Below, in pieces: positions 41,400 to 55,797 of a stretch of DNA of 64,000 nt (the first letter of the stretch is position 1; each line of letters opens with the position of its first letter). This DNA comes from Octopus vulgaris. Lineage: Eukaryota. The translations under genes and the position numbers were made by a program. Under the pieces are notes generated by a model that saw only the letters and a list, made by a program, of their open reading frames with translations, made no database searches and had not been told where the DNA came from. The stretch covers positions 94,550,001-94,614,000 of the forward strand of contig OX597817.1 in assembly GCA_951406725.2 (NCBI GenBank), written 5' to 3'.

Positions 41400-42505
41400 T
41401 TTTTTATTTATTACCCATACGGGCTGACAAAGGGGGATACACATAACATTGGGGACATAGAACAAATTAACAAAAAATAACAGAAAAATAAAATTAAAAC
41501 GTATGATATGATGGGAAAATGAAGATGAGAAATGGAAGTGATGTTACTTGCCCAACCAACTAACATCACTTACTTGCCTTTTTTCCTGTTTTCCATTATA
41601 TCTAGTCCATATCGTTTTTTGAGTGTCTCATAGCCTATCGTTTTAGGTAACTTATCCAGGTTATAATTCACCTTCTATACCTCATAGCCGTCATTATTTC
41701 TTTTAATTTCGTTTTTATGTTTTTCCGTTATCAAAGCACATGTATGTTCACCTTGTCATTTGCGTTAACATAGACTAAATTTTTCCCATCCTACTACTGT
41801 CTCTAGCAGTTCATCTTCTACCTCCTCGTAAAGAATACACGCATAACACTCAGTGGGAAGGGAAGCTTGTAAATTATTGTGTGTATTGTCACTTCTTTTT
41901 TGTTTCCATGCTGGGGGGGAGTGGGTAGGTTTAGTGTCTGCGGGGAGAGGGTGGGACGAAGAGAGTGTGGATGGGCATTGGGTGGGTTGGGGTTCCGCAT
42001 GTGATAGGTTTAACTTCTTTCTTTTTCTTTTCCCGATGGTTTCCCACTCTTTTTCTTCTGTTGCTTTTTCTGCCTCTACCGGTATTATCAAATCATTCTT
42101 TGGTCTTTCCTGTTGTTTCTCTTGTAGAAACTCCTGCGGCCGCTGTTCTTCCGTTTCTTTGATCGGTGGAGGGCTTTTCGCTCTTATGTGGCCCTTCAGG
42201 CCACATTTAAAACAGCGAGGGATTCTGCCCTCCACCTACACTCTCAGACTTATGTCACCTACCGTTACCGTCTCTGCCAAACCCTCCAGCGCTTCCGCCT
42301 CAGCTTGAATTATCATCTCCAACGATTTACCCTTCCACGTCCCGTCTTCAGTTGCCGTGGCTTGGAGAACAGACACCTTTTCCTCACTTCCAAGGAGAAC
42401 AGCTGCCGCGACCGAAGCCGCTTCCATATCAGGCGGAATTCCTTCTACCATGATCCTGGATGTCCTCCTTCCAAGATATATGGGTAAAAGGACCATATGC
42501 ACACA
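41400..42505 (-). mobile_element. 5'-truncated ORF1-only Tx1/L1-type element
   Basis: LLPIYLGRRTSRIMVEGIPP and EGRIPRCFKCGLKGHIRAKS are homologous to the 33009-35037 ORF1. Runs directly into a 3' UTR and A-rich tail. Confidence 0.7.
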
Positions 42506-42814
42506 TCGCTTGACAACCGATGTGTGTATGTTTAAGTCCGCGTAACTTAGCAGTTCGGCAAAATATCCCGATAAAATAAGTACTAGACTTACAAAAAATA
42601 AGTCGATTTATTCGACTAAAACCCTTTAAGGTGGTGCTACAGCATGGCCACAGTCAGATGACCGAGACAAGTAATAGAATAAAAGAATAAGGCTGTGGCT
42701 AGCCCGAGGTTATATAGTATAAGACATTTGACAAAGGTGCCACGCAGTGGATTGAACCACATACTACGACGTAAGCAAGTTCTTAACTGCATTACATAGC
42801 CATGTGTTTGTATG

Positions 42815-42867
<53 letters not shown>

Positions 42868-43099
42868 ATGTGTGTGTATAGATATGCTCGTGTTTATATG
42901 TATATTCATAATCATATATGTGTATGTACACACATTTAAATGCATAAATTCACACACACACAAACACACACAGATAGGCAGATTATATATAAATACTCAA
43001 ACAGAAATGCAGAAAACCAAAGGTAATTTTTTGCACACAGACACAGACATTCAACCATATACAGTGATACACATGTGCCAGCGCGCAAGCGCACGCACG

Positions 43100-43156
<57 letters not shown>

Positions 43157-43495
43157 GCACGCACGTACGTACGCACACAAGTTAATGCCTTTAGAAATAT
43201 TTCAAAATCTCTTTCTTGATCTAATCAGCTTTAGTTTCATGTCTGGATATTTTCTATAAAAATATTAGTTTTATTATTTTTTTTGTACAAAAATTTGGTT
43301 TACTTAATTTAATGTTTTTTATGTATTTCATGTATTGTATTCTCTTAATTCCATTTACAACTGACAATCTATTCGTGTGTGTGTGCGTGTTTATATGTGT
43401 GCGCATGTTATATATGTGTGTGTGTTTGTGTGTTTGTGTGTGTGTGTGTGTGTGAGTTTGTGTGTGTGTCTATGTTTGTGTACATATATATACTT

Positions 43496-43546
<51 letters not shown>

Positions 43547-43777
43547 CATACATATATATACCTATATATATATCTATACCTATATATACATATATATAAA
43601 CACAAACACAAAATTATACATAAATACGTATATATACGACGGACTTCTTTCAGTTTCCGTCTACCAAATCCACTCACAAGGCTTTGGTCGACCCGAGGCT
43701 ATAGCAGAAGACACTTGCCCAAGGTTTCACGCAGCGGGACCGAACCCGGAACCGTGTGGTTGAGAAGTAAGCTTCTT

Positions 43778-46700
43778 TATTTCATAAAAATCTGCCATGC
43801 AGGCATTACATAGAGGGGACAAAAGGGGACAGACAAACAAAAGAGTGAAGAAGTTTTGTCGATTAAAAGTTCTGTTTTAAATGAACGGTGAAATGTGATT
43901 AAATATTGCGATTACAATAAAAATTTAAAATCTGATGATTTCACATTTCCACATGCAATGTATCTTCTGAAGGAAAGGCACCCGACCACCAAGGTAGAAC
44001 CATTGCTTTTCTTCCGGAGTTCCACTTACCTGGTGCCACTCACTCTCAGCTTTCTTGCCACAAGCTTCCATCTTTTATCGAATCTTGCTTGTGACAGGTA
44101 CTTCTTCTCCAGCCTGATGTTACTGCTGAGGTGGTAACTAAAAAAGTTGACTAACCCTTGGCCAGATACAAAGGTACCCGTCGCTATTCCTTTCACACGC
44201 GTCTTCTATAATGTTTCTTTCAGTATGGTTACTACGTAGAAAAAGCAAGCCTTCCTCTCCTTGTTAAGGGAAGGAGGCGGCACAATCTCCACGATAGACT
44301 CAGCGATAGGTGTACTTTTCCCATCGATGACAACAGTTGTTCTGCGAAAGCTATCAGTCCCGTTAATTCCGGACACTCCACAAATGCGCGCAAGACGGTT
44401 TCTCTGTCTTGTTAGCACCTCACACATGGCGAGACGGCACTTCTGTGCCTTGACAGTTTATCGCGAACAGATAACGCCGCACGAAAGCACTGCCAAGCCA
44501 GGGATTTCTGGTAATTATCCAGATACCCCGGCCCGAAAGCTCTCCTGAACAGGTTGATCAACTGATTTTTATTGTAGCCCAGGGTCTCCCCCAAGGCGTC
44601 TTCTGCTATAATCTCCACTAACCCGCTATAAAAATCCGCGGTGGAACTCCTGCTGCCGGCATTGCCCGCCCGAGAGAGCAACTGAAGTGCCTGACGGCAC
44701 TCCAATTGCCAGTCACCCGGTCTAGGTCTCTGCTTTATCCATGTACCAATGTCCGTTAAGGACGTTGACTGCGGAAGATAGAACCAGACGTGAAGTGACC
44801 ACACCTGCTCTCCATCCAGGTGAAGCCAGAGGTGCCTCAACCGTAATGCGAATTTTCGCATCTTCAGCTAAGACATCGCTAACCCACCCTTTAGCGGTTT
44901 CTGGCAGCAGACAGAGTGCTTTACAAATGGCTTTCTTCCCTTCCACAAAAAGCGGAAAAGGATTCTCTCCAACTTGCTCAACCACAAATCGGGGCGAGGT
45001 ACCACGGTCAGACAGTAGGTGATTACTGATGCTATACACATCTGCACCACCTCCACCCTCCCTAGCAAGGATAATGCCCGCCCAGACTAGGTCTGGGTTA
45101 GAGCAGTCACCTTCCTGGTCATATCACTCCAATTTTTCTCTATCTGGCGTTCTGGACTAATCCAGACTCCGAGCAGCTTAACAGGACCTTCTGTCCAACG
45201 TCCCACGATGTTATTGGACGCCATCGTCTTGTCCCTCCAGGTGCCGAGTTGCAAACCGACCGACTTGTCCTTGTTAACATTTGCTTCAGCCACCGCCTCG
45301 TAACTTTTGATGGCCTTTTCCACCACTGGAAGCTGGCCCTCATCCACCACGATGATAGAGATATCATCCGCATACGCCGTAGCTCCTCTTCCACACCATA
45401 GATCATGCGGCGCTCCCCCTAGTGCCTCCAACGTCCTCAGCAATGGCTCAAAAACCAATACATACAAAAGCGGAGAGTGTTCAATCCTGAATGGCTTCGA
45501 AAAGAGACCATTCACTTTCACGACGGACTCGATGTCGCTGTACAACGCAGCAATCTAACCGCGGAAGGTTGGACTCAAGCCAGCCTTCTCGAGGAGAAGT
45601 ACCGATGATTGACCTTATCAAATGATTTAAACTGGTTTAAATTTACCAGTGCTTCCCCCTCCCGGCACCAGAAAGTTTCCTCACCCTCTCTAACGAGTAG
45701 CGTATAATGTCGTGGATCGACCTGCCAGGGATAGCACACCTTTGCGCTTCCCCTACAAGTCTGTCCACGACCTAGGCCAACCTTTTCGCTAGCATCTTGC
45801 CCAAAATCTTTAACTCTGTGTTCAACTGAGTATGGGCCTGAAATTTCCAATTTCGACCCCCTTGCTCGGGTCCTTCCTGATCAACGTCACCACCCCTCGG
45901 CTCGCAGACTTGGGAATTCTCCCATTCTGCTGCTAATTGGCGTAGGCGATGGTCAGTAGGTGTCCGAACAAGTCTGGCATAGTTTTATAAAATTCATAGG
46001 GTAGACCATCGAAACCCGGCGACTTCTCCCCGGGGCATTCACCTAGTACCTCGATCACCTCCTCGGCTGTGATTGGCCCTTCACAGTACTCAGCCTCTCG
46101 TGCCAACAGACACGGGCCGCCACACAGGGAGTCCCTAAGGGTCTCACCATGATCCAGCGCCCCGCCCCTCCCGAACAACTCGGCGAAGTGCTTGTAAAGT
46201 GCCTCACGCATCTCGTCCTGTCCCTTGACCGAACTCCCATTGTCATCAACAAGAGACCTTATTGTGGCATCATTGTCACGCTGGGTTTCTACTGTACGGG
46301 CCCATCCGGCAACATTAATTCCCTCACAACTCAATGTGCGTACTTTAGTCCGAACTCTGCACCCCTCATGTTTGGCTTTGAGGTGACGGTCCAAGGCCGT
46401 TCTCGCTGCCAGAATGTAGGATGCAGAGCCCAACCTCAACGTCTCCTCTAATTCCTTAACTAGCTGCCCTTCTATTCTAGCCTTATCTAGTCTTATCCGG
46501 TGGCTAAACCTAACAGACTTGAAATGAATGGCTCTCTTGAGGGCGAACCACCACCGGTTATTAACCACAGCGCCGGGTAATGCCCTCCTTAATCCGGCTA
46601 CGGTATGCCTCGCCGGATCCTCTTTTAACTGTTCTATCTATGTTCAGCCTACACTTAACCAATCTATGGTCAGTGTAGGACACCTGAACAAGCTGTGGAC

Positions 46701-47040
46701 AACTAAAGCTATCCTTATCTCTAGCTCTTATCATTATCCTGTCTAAGTAAGACTTGTGCCTTCCGTCGCCATTAATCCAGGTCCACTCTAGGACGTTCGG
46801 ATGGTCAAGCCTGTAACGATCTGCTAGCTGAAAGCGCTTAAGCAGATCTACGAGGCGTGAGTTCGCTTTCCTACCAGTCGAGCCAAAGCTATCGATGCGT
46901 GCATCAACGATAGCATTAAAGTCTCCTAACACCACTAATGTCTTCGACGTCACGAGAAATTTCTCTAGGCGCCGATAAAAATCAGTTTGCAATCCTCTAA
47001 GCACAGGGTGCATAGATCCCGATCAACCAAGCAAAAGGGC
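43778..47040 (-). pseudogene. Tx1/L1-clade LINE ORF2 (APE endonuclease plus RT), decayed
   Basis: LGDFNAI, SYLDRIM, YTDHRLV (APE); KSPGFDGLPYEFYK, KSFDKVNH, SPLLYVL, AYADDI (RT). The 3' end is joined to a SINE at 43636-43777. Confidence 0.9.
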
Positions 47041-47096
47041 AAAAGCTCGCTCGATGCTTTGGGTGTTGTCCTGTAGAACCTATTGATGGCACTTTA

Positions 47097-48390
47097 CGTC
47101 TCCTTTGCTGTCCCTGCTACATTAAAGCTTATTGATGAGGACGGAAGAAATAAAAAAGAAACAGCAGAAGAAACCACTACGTAAAAGTTTTGTTAATAAT
47201 AAATTTTCAAAACCTACATGCATTTTTATAAAGACAAGTTTTTTGTTCCATTGATATTCAAATGCAAATAATCATTCTTAACCACTCAATTAAAATGCAT
47301 TTTTCATGCATATAATTTGGCAATGGCAAATTTTCCAATACCCATTTCCATTAATTTATCAGAGTTTAATATATTTTGATTTGTTTTTTAACTTTTTTTC
47401 TTTTTAGTTGGGTGTTATTTTGAATAAAAGTTATACTAGAATGAACAATTACTTTATATTGATATGAAGCAGAAATCTGGTTAAAAAAAAAAGTATTTTT
47501 CGATATTTTGAAGGAATCAGTGCATCTAATAGCCAATAAATCCTTAAAATAAATTAATTTCGTTTCGTTTTGTTTTGTTTTTACTTGACACAGTTTTATT
47601 TCTTTAGTTTCTTCTTCGTCACGGGTTCATGTTATTGACAATCACATGGACTATCTTTTTCAAAAGCAAAAGATGAAACCGATTATGACATCTAACTAAA
47701 CATTACCTCTTTGATCTCCTAGTACGTACACATAAAATTTGACATTTATGTCTTGATATAAAAATTATAACCTCGAATGATTGATATTTATATTTTATGA
47801 CATAGCCGGTAACAAAATTTTTCATACTACAATCATATAGCAAAATTTGATATGCAGTCAGCAAGGCACGACCCTGCAAATTTTGTTGCTTGTGACCAGA
47901 ACCCTTGCCCCAAACTTGGTCAACAGTTTTTTCGATATGTTAATATTTAAAAATTAAGATAATTAATATCATGATATCCGAGATTCAAAGGATTAGATAG
48001 CAAGTATCTAATGTTTATATTTCAAACAACTCCGCTAATTCATCCCCTCTAAAACCTCTTAACCTGCTGACTATGTTTCCTAGAAGGTATCTATCTTCCC
48101 GATTTCTGAGCTTTCCTCACAAATTCGCCAAAGTAAAAGTATCTTCTGAAATACAACACTAATATCTATAAATCTAGAAACCAAAAAACGTCTCCTTTGT
48201 TGTCCCTGCTACATTAAAGCTTATTGGTGAGGAGGGAAGAAATAGAAAAAAAAGAAACCGCAGAAGAAACCGCTACGTAAAATTTTTGTTAATAACAAAT
48301 TTTCAAAACGTACAAGAATTTTTATAAAGCCAAGTTTTTTTTTGTTCCATTGATATTCAAATGCAAATAATCATTTTTTAACCATTCAAA
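47097..48390. repeat. ~190-bp direct repeat pair
   Basis: acgtctcctttg(c/t)tgtccctgctacattaaagctt...aataatcatt at about 47097-47285 and 48188-48385. Confidence 0.8.
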
Positions 48391-51300
48391 CTGACTCCCA
48401 AAATAGAAGATGAGTGGTTGCAAACTATGCTCCCGTTCACATTTCTGCTCTCTGCAAAAGAGAAAACAATTAAAAATGCATCTTATAAATTATAAACTCA
48501 GGTATAAATTACATTGATTATACGTTATTTGTTTCTAATAAAATCATTTTCAACTCTGGGCAAGATTCAGATTTTTTTCAACAAGTGTAAAATCATAACT
48601 TTATATTGAATCTCAACCTATTTAAGAGTTTATATTTCATGCATAGAAGCCAAACTAAAAGCAGACAAATATTAACAGGAATTAGACTTTGATATCTAAA
48701 ATATCATTAATAACTTGTTATCGCCAACAAAAAGAGACATAAATTTATATAATTTGTTCTATTGAAAAAAATATTAATATCATAGGTTCATCAAATTTGT
48801 TTTAAATTTGGTACAAAATGATTTTGTCTGCTTCTTGATAATAAATATACATTTTATGCAACATATAAATAAAGCAAACATTGATAAATGATTAAAAATC
48901 CTTTTCACAGACAATATTAAAAAGAAAAACATTTGAATAAATGTTTACATAACTACATAGAAAAATATTAAAACAATTGCAGTTATTTATAACTGGAAAA
49001 TGTTCTCCTTAAGCCCCAACTCCTGCAGCTGTATGAGGAAAATATTTACAAAAGTTTATTTATCACAAAATTTATTTGTGATCACCCTCTTTTTATTTCA
49101 TGCTTTTTTAACTATACCAATTTTAACGCGGTTTTCAGTATGAAACTCCTCTTTTTTTTACCGATTTTAAGAAAGCTTAAGTGTATTAAGTCTTTTTCTC
49201 AAATAATCGAAATATGATACTTTAGCGGTCCAGTATAGATTCCAATAAAATAAGACAAGGCTATAAACAAAATACGTATTGGAGTCGATTTGTTCGACTA
49301 AAACCCTTCAAAGTGGTGTCCCAAGAGTCCAATAACTGAAACAAATAAAACATTAAAAATATGAAGTTTTAATGACAATCTCAAGCGTTACTCCATTTCC
49401 AATTTGATCACTTTTTAATCAGAATTTTCGACAACACCAATTTTAACTTAGCAGAATTAGATTTTACTTGTTCTGATATTTTATTCATGTGTAATTATAA
49501 CTAAAATACCAAAAAAAATCGTGCTTAGAAGTTATATTTATGCGTTATTCTCTTATTTTTAAATTCATTTTGTTACAACTTTTTTCTATAATACAATATC
49601 AAAATGTAGCATAACATTGGTCCTCTTCAGTGAGCTTGATTCCATTTAGTTTGGTCAAGAACTGAATTAGTCAGAGAGCGAAGTGGTAAAAAATGTAAAT
49701 GTTAACATTAAATATATAATTCATCCACTGTCGTGTGTCAATGATATATAAGATTAAGAGGGAAAAAATGTATCCTCGAATATCTAAATTTTCCTTTATA
49801 GAAAAGGGGTCATATAGATATCGATGGATTTTACAGACATAGATAACTCTCACTAGGATCTGTTATTTAAGTGTAATTATTTTTTAAAAATGATGAAGAA
49901 ATAAGGAAACTATATTGCTCAGAAGTTGTATCTATACATTGTTCTTTTATACTTTTGTTTGTTTCAGTCATTAGAATGCGGCCATTCTGGAGCACCACCT
50001 TGAAGAATATTAATCGGATGAGTCGACCCCAGAACTTTTTTAAGCTTGGTGCTTATTCTATCCGTCTCTTTTGCCGAACATTCTACGTTACTTCCCCGTT
50101 TTTATTTATCCAACCAATTTTCTCATATCGTATCTCAAATTGTAGCGCATCACTAGCTTTTTGCAGTGAACTTAACTGCACTTAATTTAGTTCAAATTAT
50201 ATTAACCAGAAGCATAGAAGAGGTCGCGAAAACACAAAGAAACGCGAGCGCGCACATACACACAAACAAAGCGAGTGCGCGCGCACACATACACACACAA
50301 ACAAAGAAACGCACACACACACACGATTATCAATGGGGTCGTTGTCAATTTTCTATTTTATCACTAATCATGCGACCTGATGTCCTCACGCTCGTATTTA
50401 TCTATTCTAAATGTACACAGGATGTTTGTGATCTATCTTTTATTTTAATGCTTAACTGATCTCGATATTAACGCCATTATGACACAGATTCATTCAATCT
50501 ACCACTACTGTCAAACTATCGCTACAAATACAACCACTATCACCACCCCGCCATCATTATTATCAAGGTGATCACTTCCAATATCATCATTACCCTTATT
50601 CCCACCACCATATATACATTAATATTTTTCAATCCACGTTGATGAAACAGAAACACAACTTAATATAGCTTATTTACTGTACAGTTTATCGATTTAATTC
50701 TTTAGTTTCTGAGATCAAACTTTTTCTGGATGAAATTATTATTTTATCTCGCTACATTTTGTAAGCTAAAATTATTTATTCGGTATATGATCCAGTAATC
50801 TATTATTTCTCCTAAATATTTCACTCCTTGTGGGTGAGAGTTAACAGAATCGTTAGAACGGCAGACTATTATTTTGTGCTAACTCCTTGCGTCTTGATAT
50901 CAAACCCTGTCGAGATTACCTTTGCTTTTCATCTGTACGGGACAATAAAATAAAATACTAGTTAAGTACTTGAAATAATTTACTTGTTTGAAACTTATAT
51001 CAGTGCACTTGTATCAGAATATATATGACATGCAATGGACACTCAACTTGATGGAGTCATGGTATGTGTGAAACTTAAACAAATCTTAAACAAATATTTT
51101 AGAGTTGTTTAGAAAAGTAAACCCAATGGAAATGTTAAACCTAGCAGTCATAAAAAGCTAACGGTGATAAGCAACGACTCCATTTGTTGGATGTGAAAAA
51201 TATGACAGTGGATCAATACCCAACGCCACAATACAATATGATGTCTCTATAATGAGTAAAATTACCGCTGAGTCCAAATTGTGTATGAGCAGAAGATATT

Positions 51301-52066
51301 TGCTGCCACTGCTTCTGTTGATTTGCATGTAGATGTTTGGAAGTTGGTAGCAGTGAAATCCTCGAGATGGTTTGTTTTGCCACGTTTTGGCTTTTCCCTT
51401 ACATTTTCACCAGCATTTGCTCGTACTCTTCAAAGTAGTTGTCCGGAATGTCAGCTAAGTCTGCCAACACCTAAAACTCCAATTATATTTGTGTTATTCT
51501 ACAGGAGAAAGAACTTGAGTGTTATATCGTCTCTGTGTTTCTCCACCATTGTCACCACCGTATCTTGATCCCTGTGGGGTTGCTCATATATGAACCGTAT
51601 TCTCATCACCCGTCTTCCTGGATACAGTGGGATCAAGACTAACTGTTAAGACGAGCATGTAATAATAGCCATAGACCTGGCCTCCACCTTCCTTCTTAAA
51701 CAGCAACAGCTGTCCGATGTCGTTTACCACTTGTACATCCTACAGTGGACCACACTTTCTGCATTTTTCTGCTTGTGCAGGACTGGGATACAGTAGCTTT
51801 CTTTTCTGTTTATGACTTACAAACAACGTTTCATTTCTCTACTTGCTTTACATTTCGGTGATTAGAGATTTCACGGAACCCAGGCGTGCGATGTCACATT
51901 TATATATTTTTTTTATATTCTTTCTTACTAGTTATAGTAACAAAACGAAATTTCGCTCTGGTCTTGTAGCTGTTATTGTTGCTAAATACTTGGAAACTAG
52001 AGACACATACCATGACTCCATCAAGTTGAGTGTCCATTGCATGTTATATATATTTACACACATACG

Positions 52067-52113
<47 letters not shown>

Positions 52114-52139
52114 TCGCATGCACACACACATGTATGTTC

Positions 52140-53960
52140 TCTCCTATTTTTAATAATTGAAATTCTAGGAAAGAGTTGGTTTCTAACAAAGATACAAAAC
52201 TCATCTTTGGAGTGTTGATAAAAACAATGCCCTATTTTAAACTTCAGAAAAGTCTTGCATATTTTTACTATTCCGTTAACAGATTATATATGTAATGTCC
52301 GAGTTAGTTGGTTGATTTCTTTTTCTGAAAATCTAAGTTTATCCAGACTATCTTTTAGGTACTTACAAAATAAAGTGCCAATTATTATTGGTATAAATGT
52401 AAATTTGTAATCCCGATATAGAAACTGGAGGCTTTGAAGTAGTTGCCCTAACTACTGTTTCTCTTTCATTTTCAAAGAGATATTCATATTAGCAAGACAG
52501 CTGACTTCTATGACGGTATATACATTTTCTTGTCTGTGCCAAACAACAATATTTGGACTGTTTTGTTTACACTTGACAAATATTTTGATCGGAATGTTCC
52601 ACCAGTATTCTTTGTGTTCATGTTTGTGTATTTATTCAATAACAGAGAGATTCTCTATATTTATTCCAGGACAATTTTTTCGAATGGCATTGTATATTGT
52701 TCTTGCGACAATTCTGTTGCATATAGAAGTAGTACCTTGAGGACAATTTTGGGCAGCCGCTAATGACATACGTTAAGTCTTTCACAGAAATATGATATAA
52801 TCTATATTTTCGGTTGCATCTTTGAACTCCAAGGACTTCACAGTGTCTTTTGTTTATTAGGCATTTCGTAGCAATTTCCTGTTCTTGGATTGCAAATGCA
52901 ACAACCTTCGAAATGCGATGTGATGTAGTGGTCACGAGTCCAAATGAGTTTTCGTTTCATGTCAATGTTACTGTCTGCTTCAAGTCTTAGGGAAACATAC
53001 CCGTGAATGTTTTTTCTTTTTTTCTTCTTCTTTTTTTCAGTATGCTGAGCGTTTCACATCCAAGTCTTGAGATATGTTAGTGTAGCTGCTTTGAGATTGT
53101 ATGGGAAGTCATGAGAAATGAAGTTCTTCCCGAGGAGCTCACTGCCGATACGTGGAATATTCTTCTCTTCACTTTACAGCACTAAGTTAATGTATTTATT
53201 TTCGCTGCTGTTGTTTGACAAATGCTGTCTGAAAGAGACTATATGACAATCGAAGGCTGTTTGTACTGATCTCAAGCCTCTAGCTTCTTTATCTCTTTTT
53301 AGTTTGAGCCTATCGATATCACTGTTTCTGTGCAGATTTTCAGTTGCGGGTTTTAACGTCTATAGAATGAATACCTTCTACAGACCAGTGAACAATCCCA
53401 TATGCTGGAACCAGTACAAGTACTGCAAATGCACTGTGAGATATTGTCTTGTTGTAGGAGGAGAGTTCTAACAGACATATTTTTCTAAGTCTGGCATAAT
53501 ATTCCCGAATCACTCTAACTTTTTTCACATTAACTTCGTATGATATATTTTCGCCAATGCCTAGGTACTTGAGGTGATACAGTGAGAGCATTGGCGCACA
53601 GGTTTGGGGTCTGGTGTTTCATTTTCCACATGCAACAATCAAATATGAACAATTCTTTTGGTCAAATTCCATCCCTATGTCAGCTGAAAATATCATTAAT
53701 TTCAGCAGGTTTTTTCTAGCTTTATTAACATTTTTAGTATAAATCTTGAGGACATTCACAAAGAAATTTTGGATTACATTTATACCTGTAACAGATGTAT
53801 ACACTAGCAAGTAGACATTTGGTTTTTGTACCCGGAAAAATAATAGGTTTAATGCCAAAAGGAAGAGTATTACAGAAAGATTATCGCCTTAGCGTTTTCT
53901 TTTTGAAATATCACATTGAAGGTGATATTTCCACTCTTAGCTCGAAGTGTAAGAATTGTT
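52140..53960 (-). pseudogene. Decayed R4-like LINE (RT end, CCHC-like region, RLE)
   Basis: FSADIGMEFDQKNC, LKYLGIGEN, WSVEGIHSIDVKTR, FAIQEQEIATK, VISGCPKL. TACA-like repeats at both ends. Confidence 0.8.
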
Positions 53961-54005
53961 GTTCATGTATATATGTATGCATGTATGCACGTATGTATAC
54001 ATATG

Positions 54006-54052
<47 letters not shown>

Positions 54053-54193
54053 GACCTCCGACATTTTAGAACATTTCTTTAATTTCTAGAACCCTTTCTT
54101 TATCTAGACGCATTACTAATTTCAGTCAATTAGGGAAATTCTAAGATTCTGAATTCATCTGAAAAGAAAACAATAATATATATATATATATAT

Positions 54194-54565
54194 AGGCGCA
54201 GGAGTGGCTGTGTGGTAAGTAGCTTGTTTACCAACTTCATGGTTCCGGGTTCAGTCCTACTGCGTGGCACCTCGGGCCGACCAAAGCCTTGTGAGTGGAT
54301 TTGGTAGACTGAAACTGAAAGAAGCCTGTCGTATATATGTATATATATATATGTAGGTCCCGGGTTGATTCGGGGTTAACCACAGTAAATAAGGTACTCA
54401 ATACATAGCAGAGTAAAATTAATTTATTATATAGAAGGAGCTTCTACAGGACTAGAACTGTTTCATTCAAGAGAAATCTTCAGGAAGCTAGTTAACTAGC
54501 TTCCTGAAGATTTCTCTTGAATGAAACAGTTCTAGTCCTGTAAAGCTCCTTCTATATAATAAATG

Positions 54566-54600
<35 letters not shown>

Positions 54601-54786
54601 TTGTGTGTCTGTGTTTGTCCCCCTAGCATTGCTTGACAACCGATGCTGGTGTGTTTATGTCCCCGTTACTTAGCGGCTCGGAAAAAGAGACCGATAGAAT
54701 AAGTACTGGGGTCGAGTTGCTCGATTAAAGGCGGTGCTCCAGCATGGCCGCAGTCAAATGACTGAAACAAGTAAAAGAGTAAAAGA

Positions 54787-54787
<1 letters not shown>
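54194..54787 (+). mobile_element. tRNA-derived SINE with a fold-back PLE fragment (54352-54563) in its internal (TA)n
   Basis: Head ggcgcaggagtggctgtgtgg..ggttcagtcc. The nested palindrome is centred on gttaac (54491-54496) and has an intact hammerhead at 54439-54489 on the minus strand. Confidence 0.8.
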
Positions 54788-54877
<90 letters not shown>

Positions 54878-55128
54878 TATAACTGTATTTCATCAAAAAA
54901 TTTAGACCAAGTTTAAACACCCTGGGCCAGGAATATTAAAACAAAAGATTGGTCCTCCGAAAAGGAGAAGCAAAATTCCACCACGGCCGCTACCTTAAAC
55001 AGTCACTCACACTGACGGAAAGATGCCTTAGGGAAAAAGGGAAAAAATTTATAAAAAGATCTCTTCGAACAGATCTAACCCTGATGGACTGGCCACATAC
55101 GATACAGCTAAGGGTCAGACCAGATTCT

Positions 55129-55428
55129 GATTGGTCAACACGGTGACGACGTCTCGTTCTGCTAGACTGGACAGGATACAGACAAGGGGCAGATCTAATA
55201 CAGATATAGGCCGCGATTGGTTAGAATATTGATGACGTCCCGTTATGCTTGACTAGTCACCCAACAGGATACAGACAAGGGGCAGATCTAATACAGCTAT
55301 AGGTCGGGATTGGTCAGAATATTGATGACGTTCCGTTCTGCTTGACTAAGCCACCTAACGAAACGATTGGTCAAAACGTTGATGACGTCATGTTACGCTG
55401 GACTGACCACCTAACAGGTGATATAAAA
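55129..55428 (+). promoter_or_regulatory. Candidate Pol II promoter: 4 x (inverted CCAAT-N9-CRE-like) plus TATA
   Basis: GATTGG at 55129, 55215, 55308 and 55365, each followed after exactly 9 nt by TGA(T/C)GACGT. ATATAAAA at 55421. Confidence 0.55.
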
Positions 55429-55751
55429 CCCAAGCAATTCACAAGGTTCGCCAGAACTAACCAGCGAACACCGACCAAAAGTCATCACAGTTACTCAAGG
55501 TAAAATCTAAAATGAATCGCTCGCTGTTTCAGAAACATCAATTTTTTATATTGACTGCATATCACCACTTTGATCTATTCTTTATATTGAATGCATATCA
55601 CCACTATGAACCACTGCATCATACTCTTTGAACATATAGCATGAACGAACTCACTTCACTATATATGAACTTTTGATGGCTGACTCTATTGTATGTTATA
55701 AATGAATTTTTTATATTTGATAGCATGAACTATCTTTTTTTAAATATAACT

Positions 55752-55797
55752 TTTTTTGATAAGGTTCATCATTTCAAGAACCGAAACATGTTATAAT
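55752..55797 (+). ncRNA. Hammerhead motif with U3-A8 variant core
   Basis: TTGATAA-GGTTC atcatttcaa GAACC-GAA-ACATGT-T. Stem I is weak (tttt/ataa). Confidence 0.55.

Noticed and set aside
54194-54270. tRNA-like sequence with A and B boxes
   Set aside because: It is the head of a multicopy SINE, and no full cloverleaf is supported.
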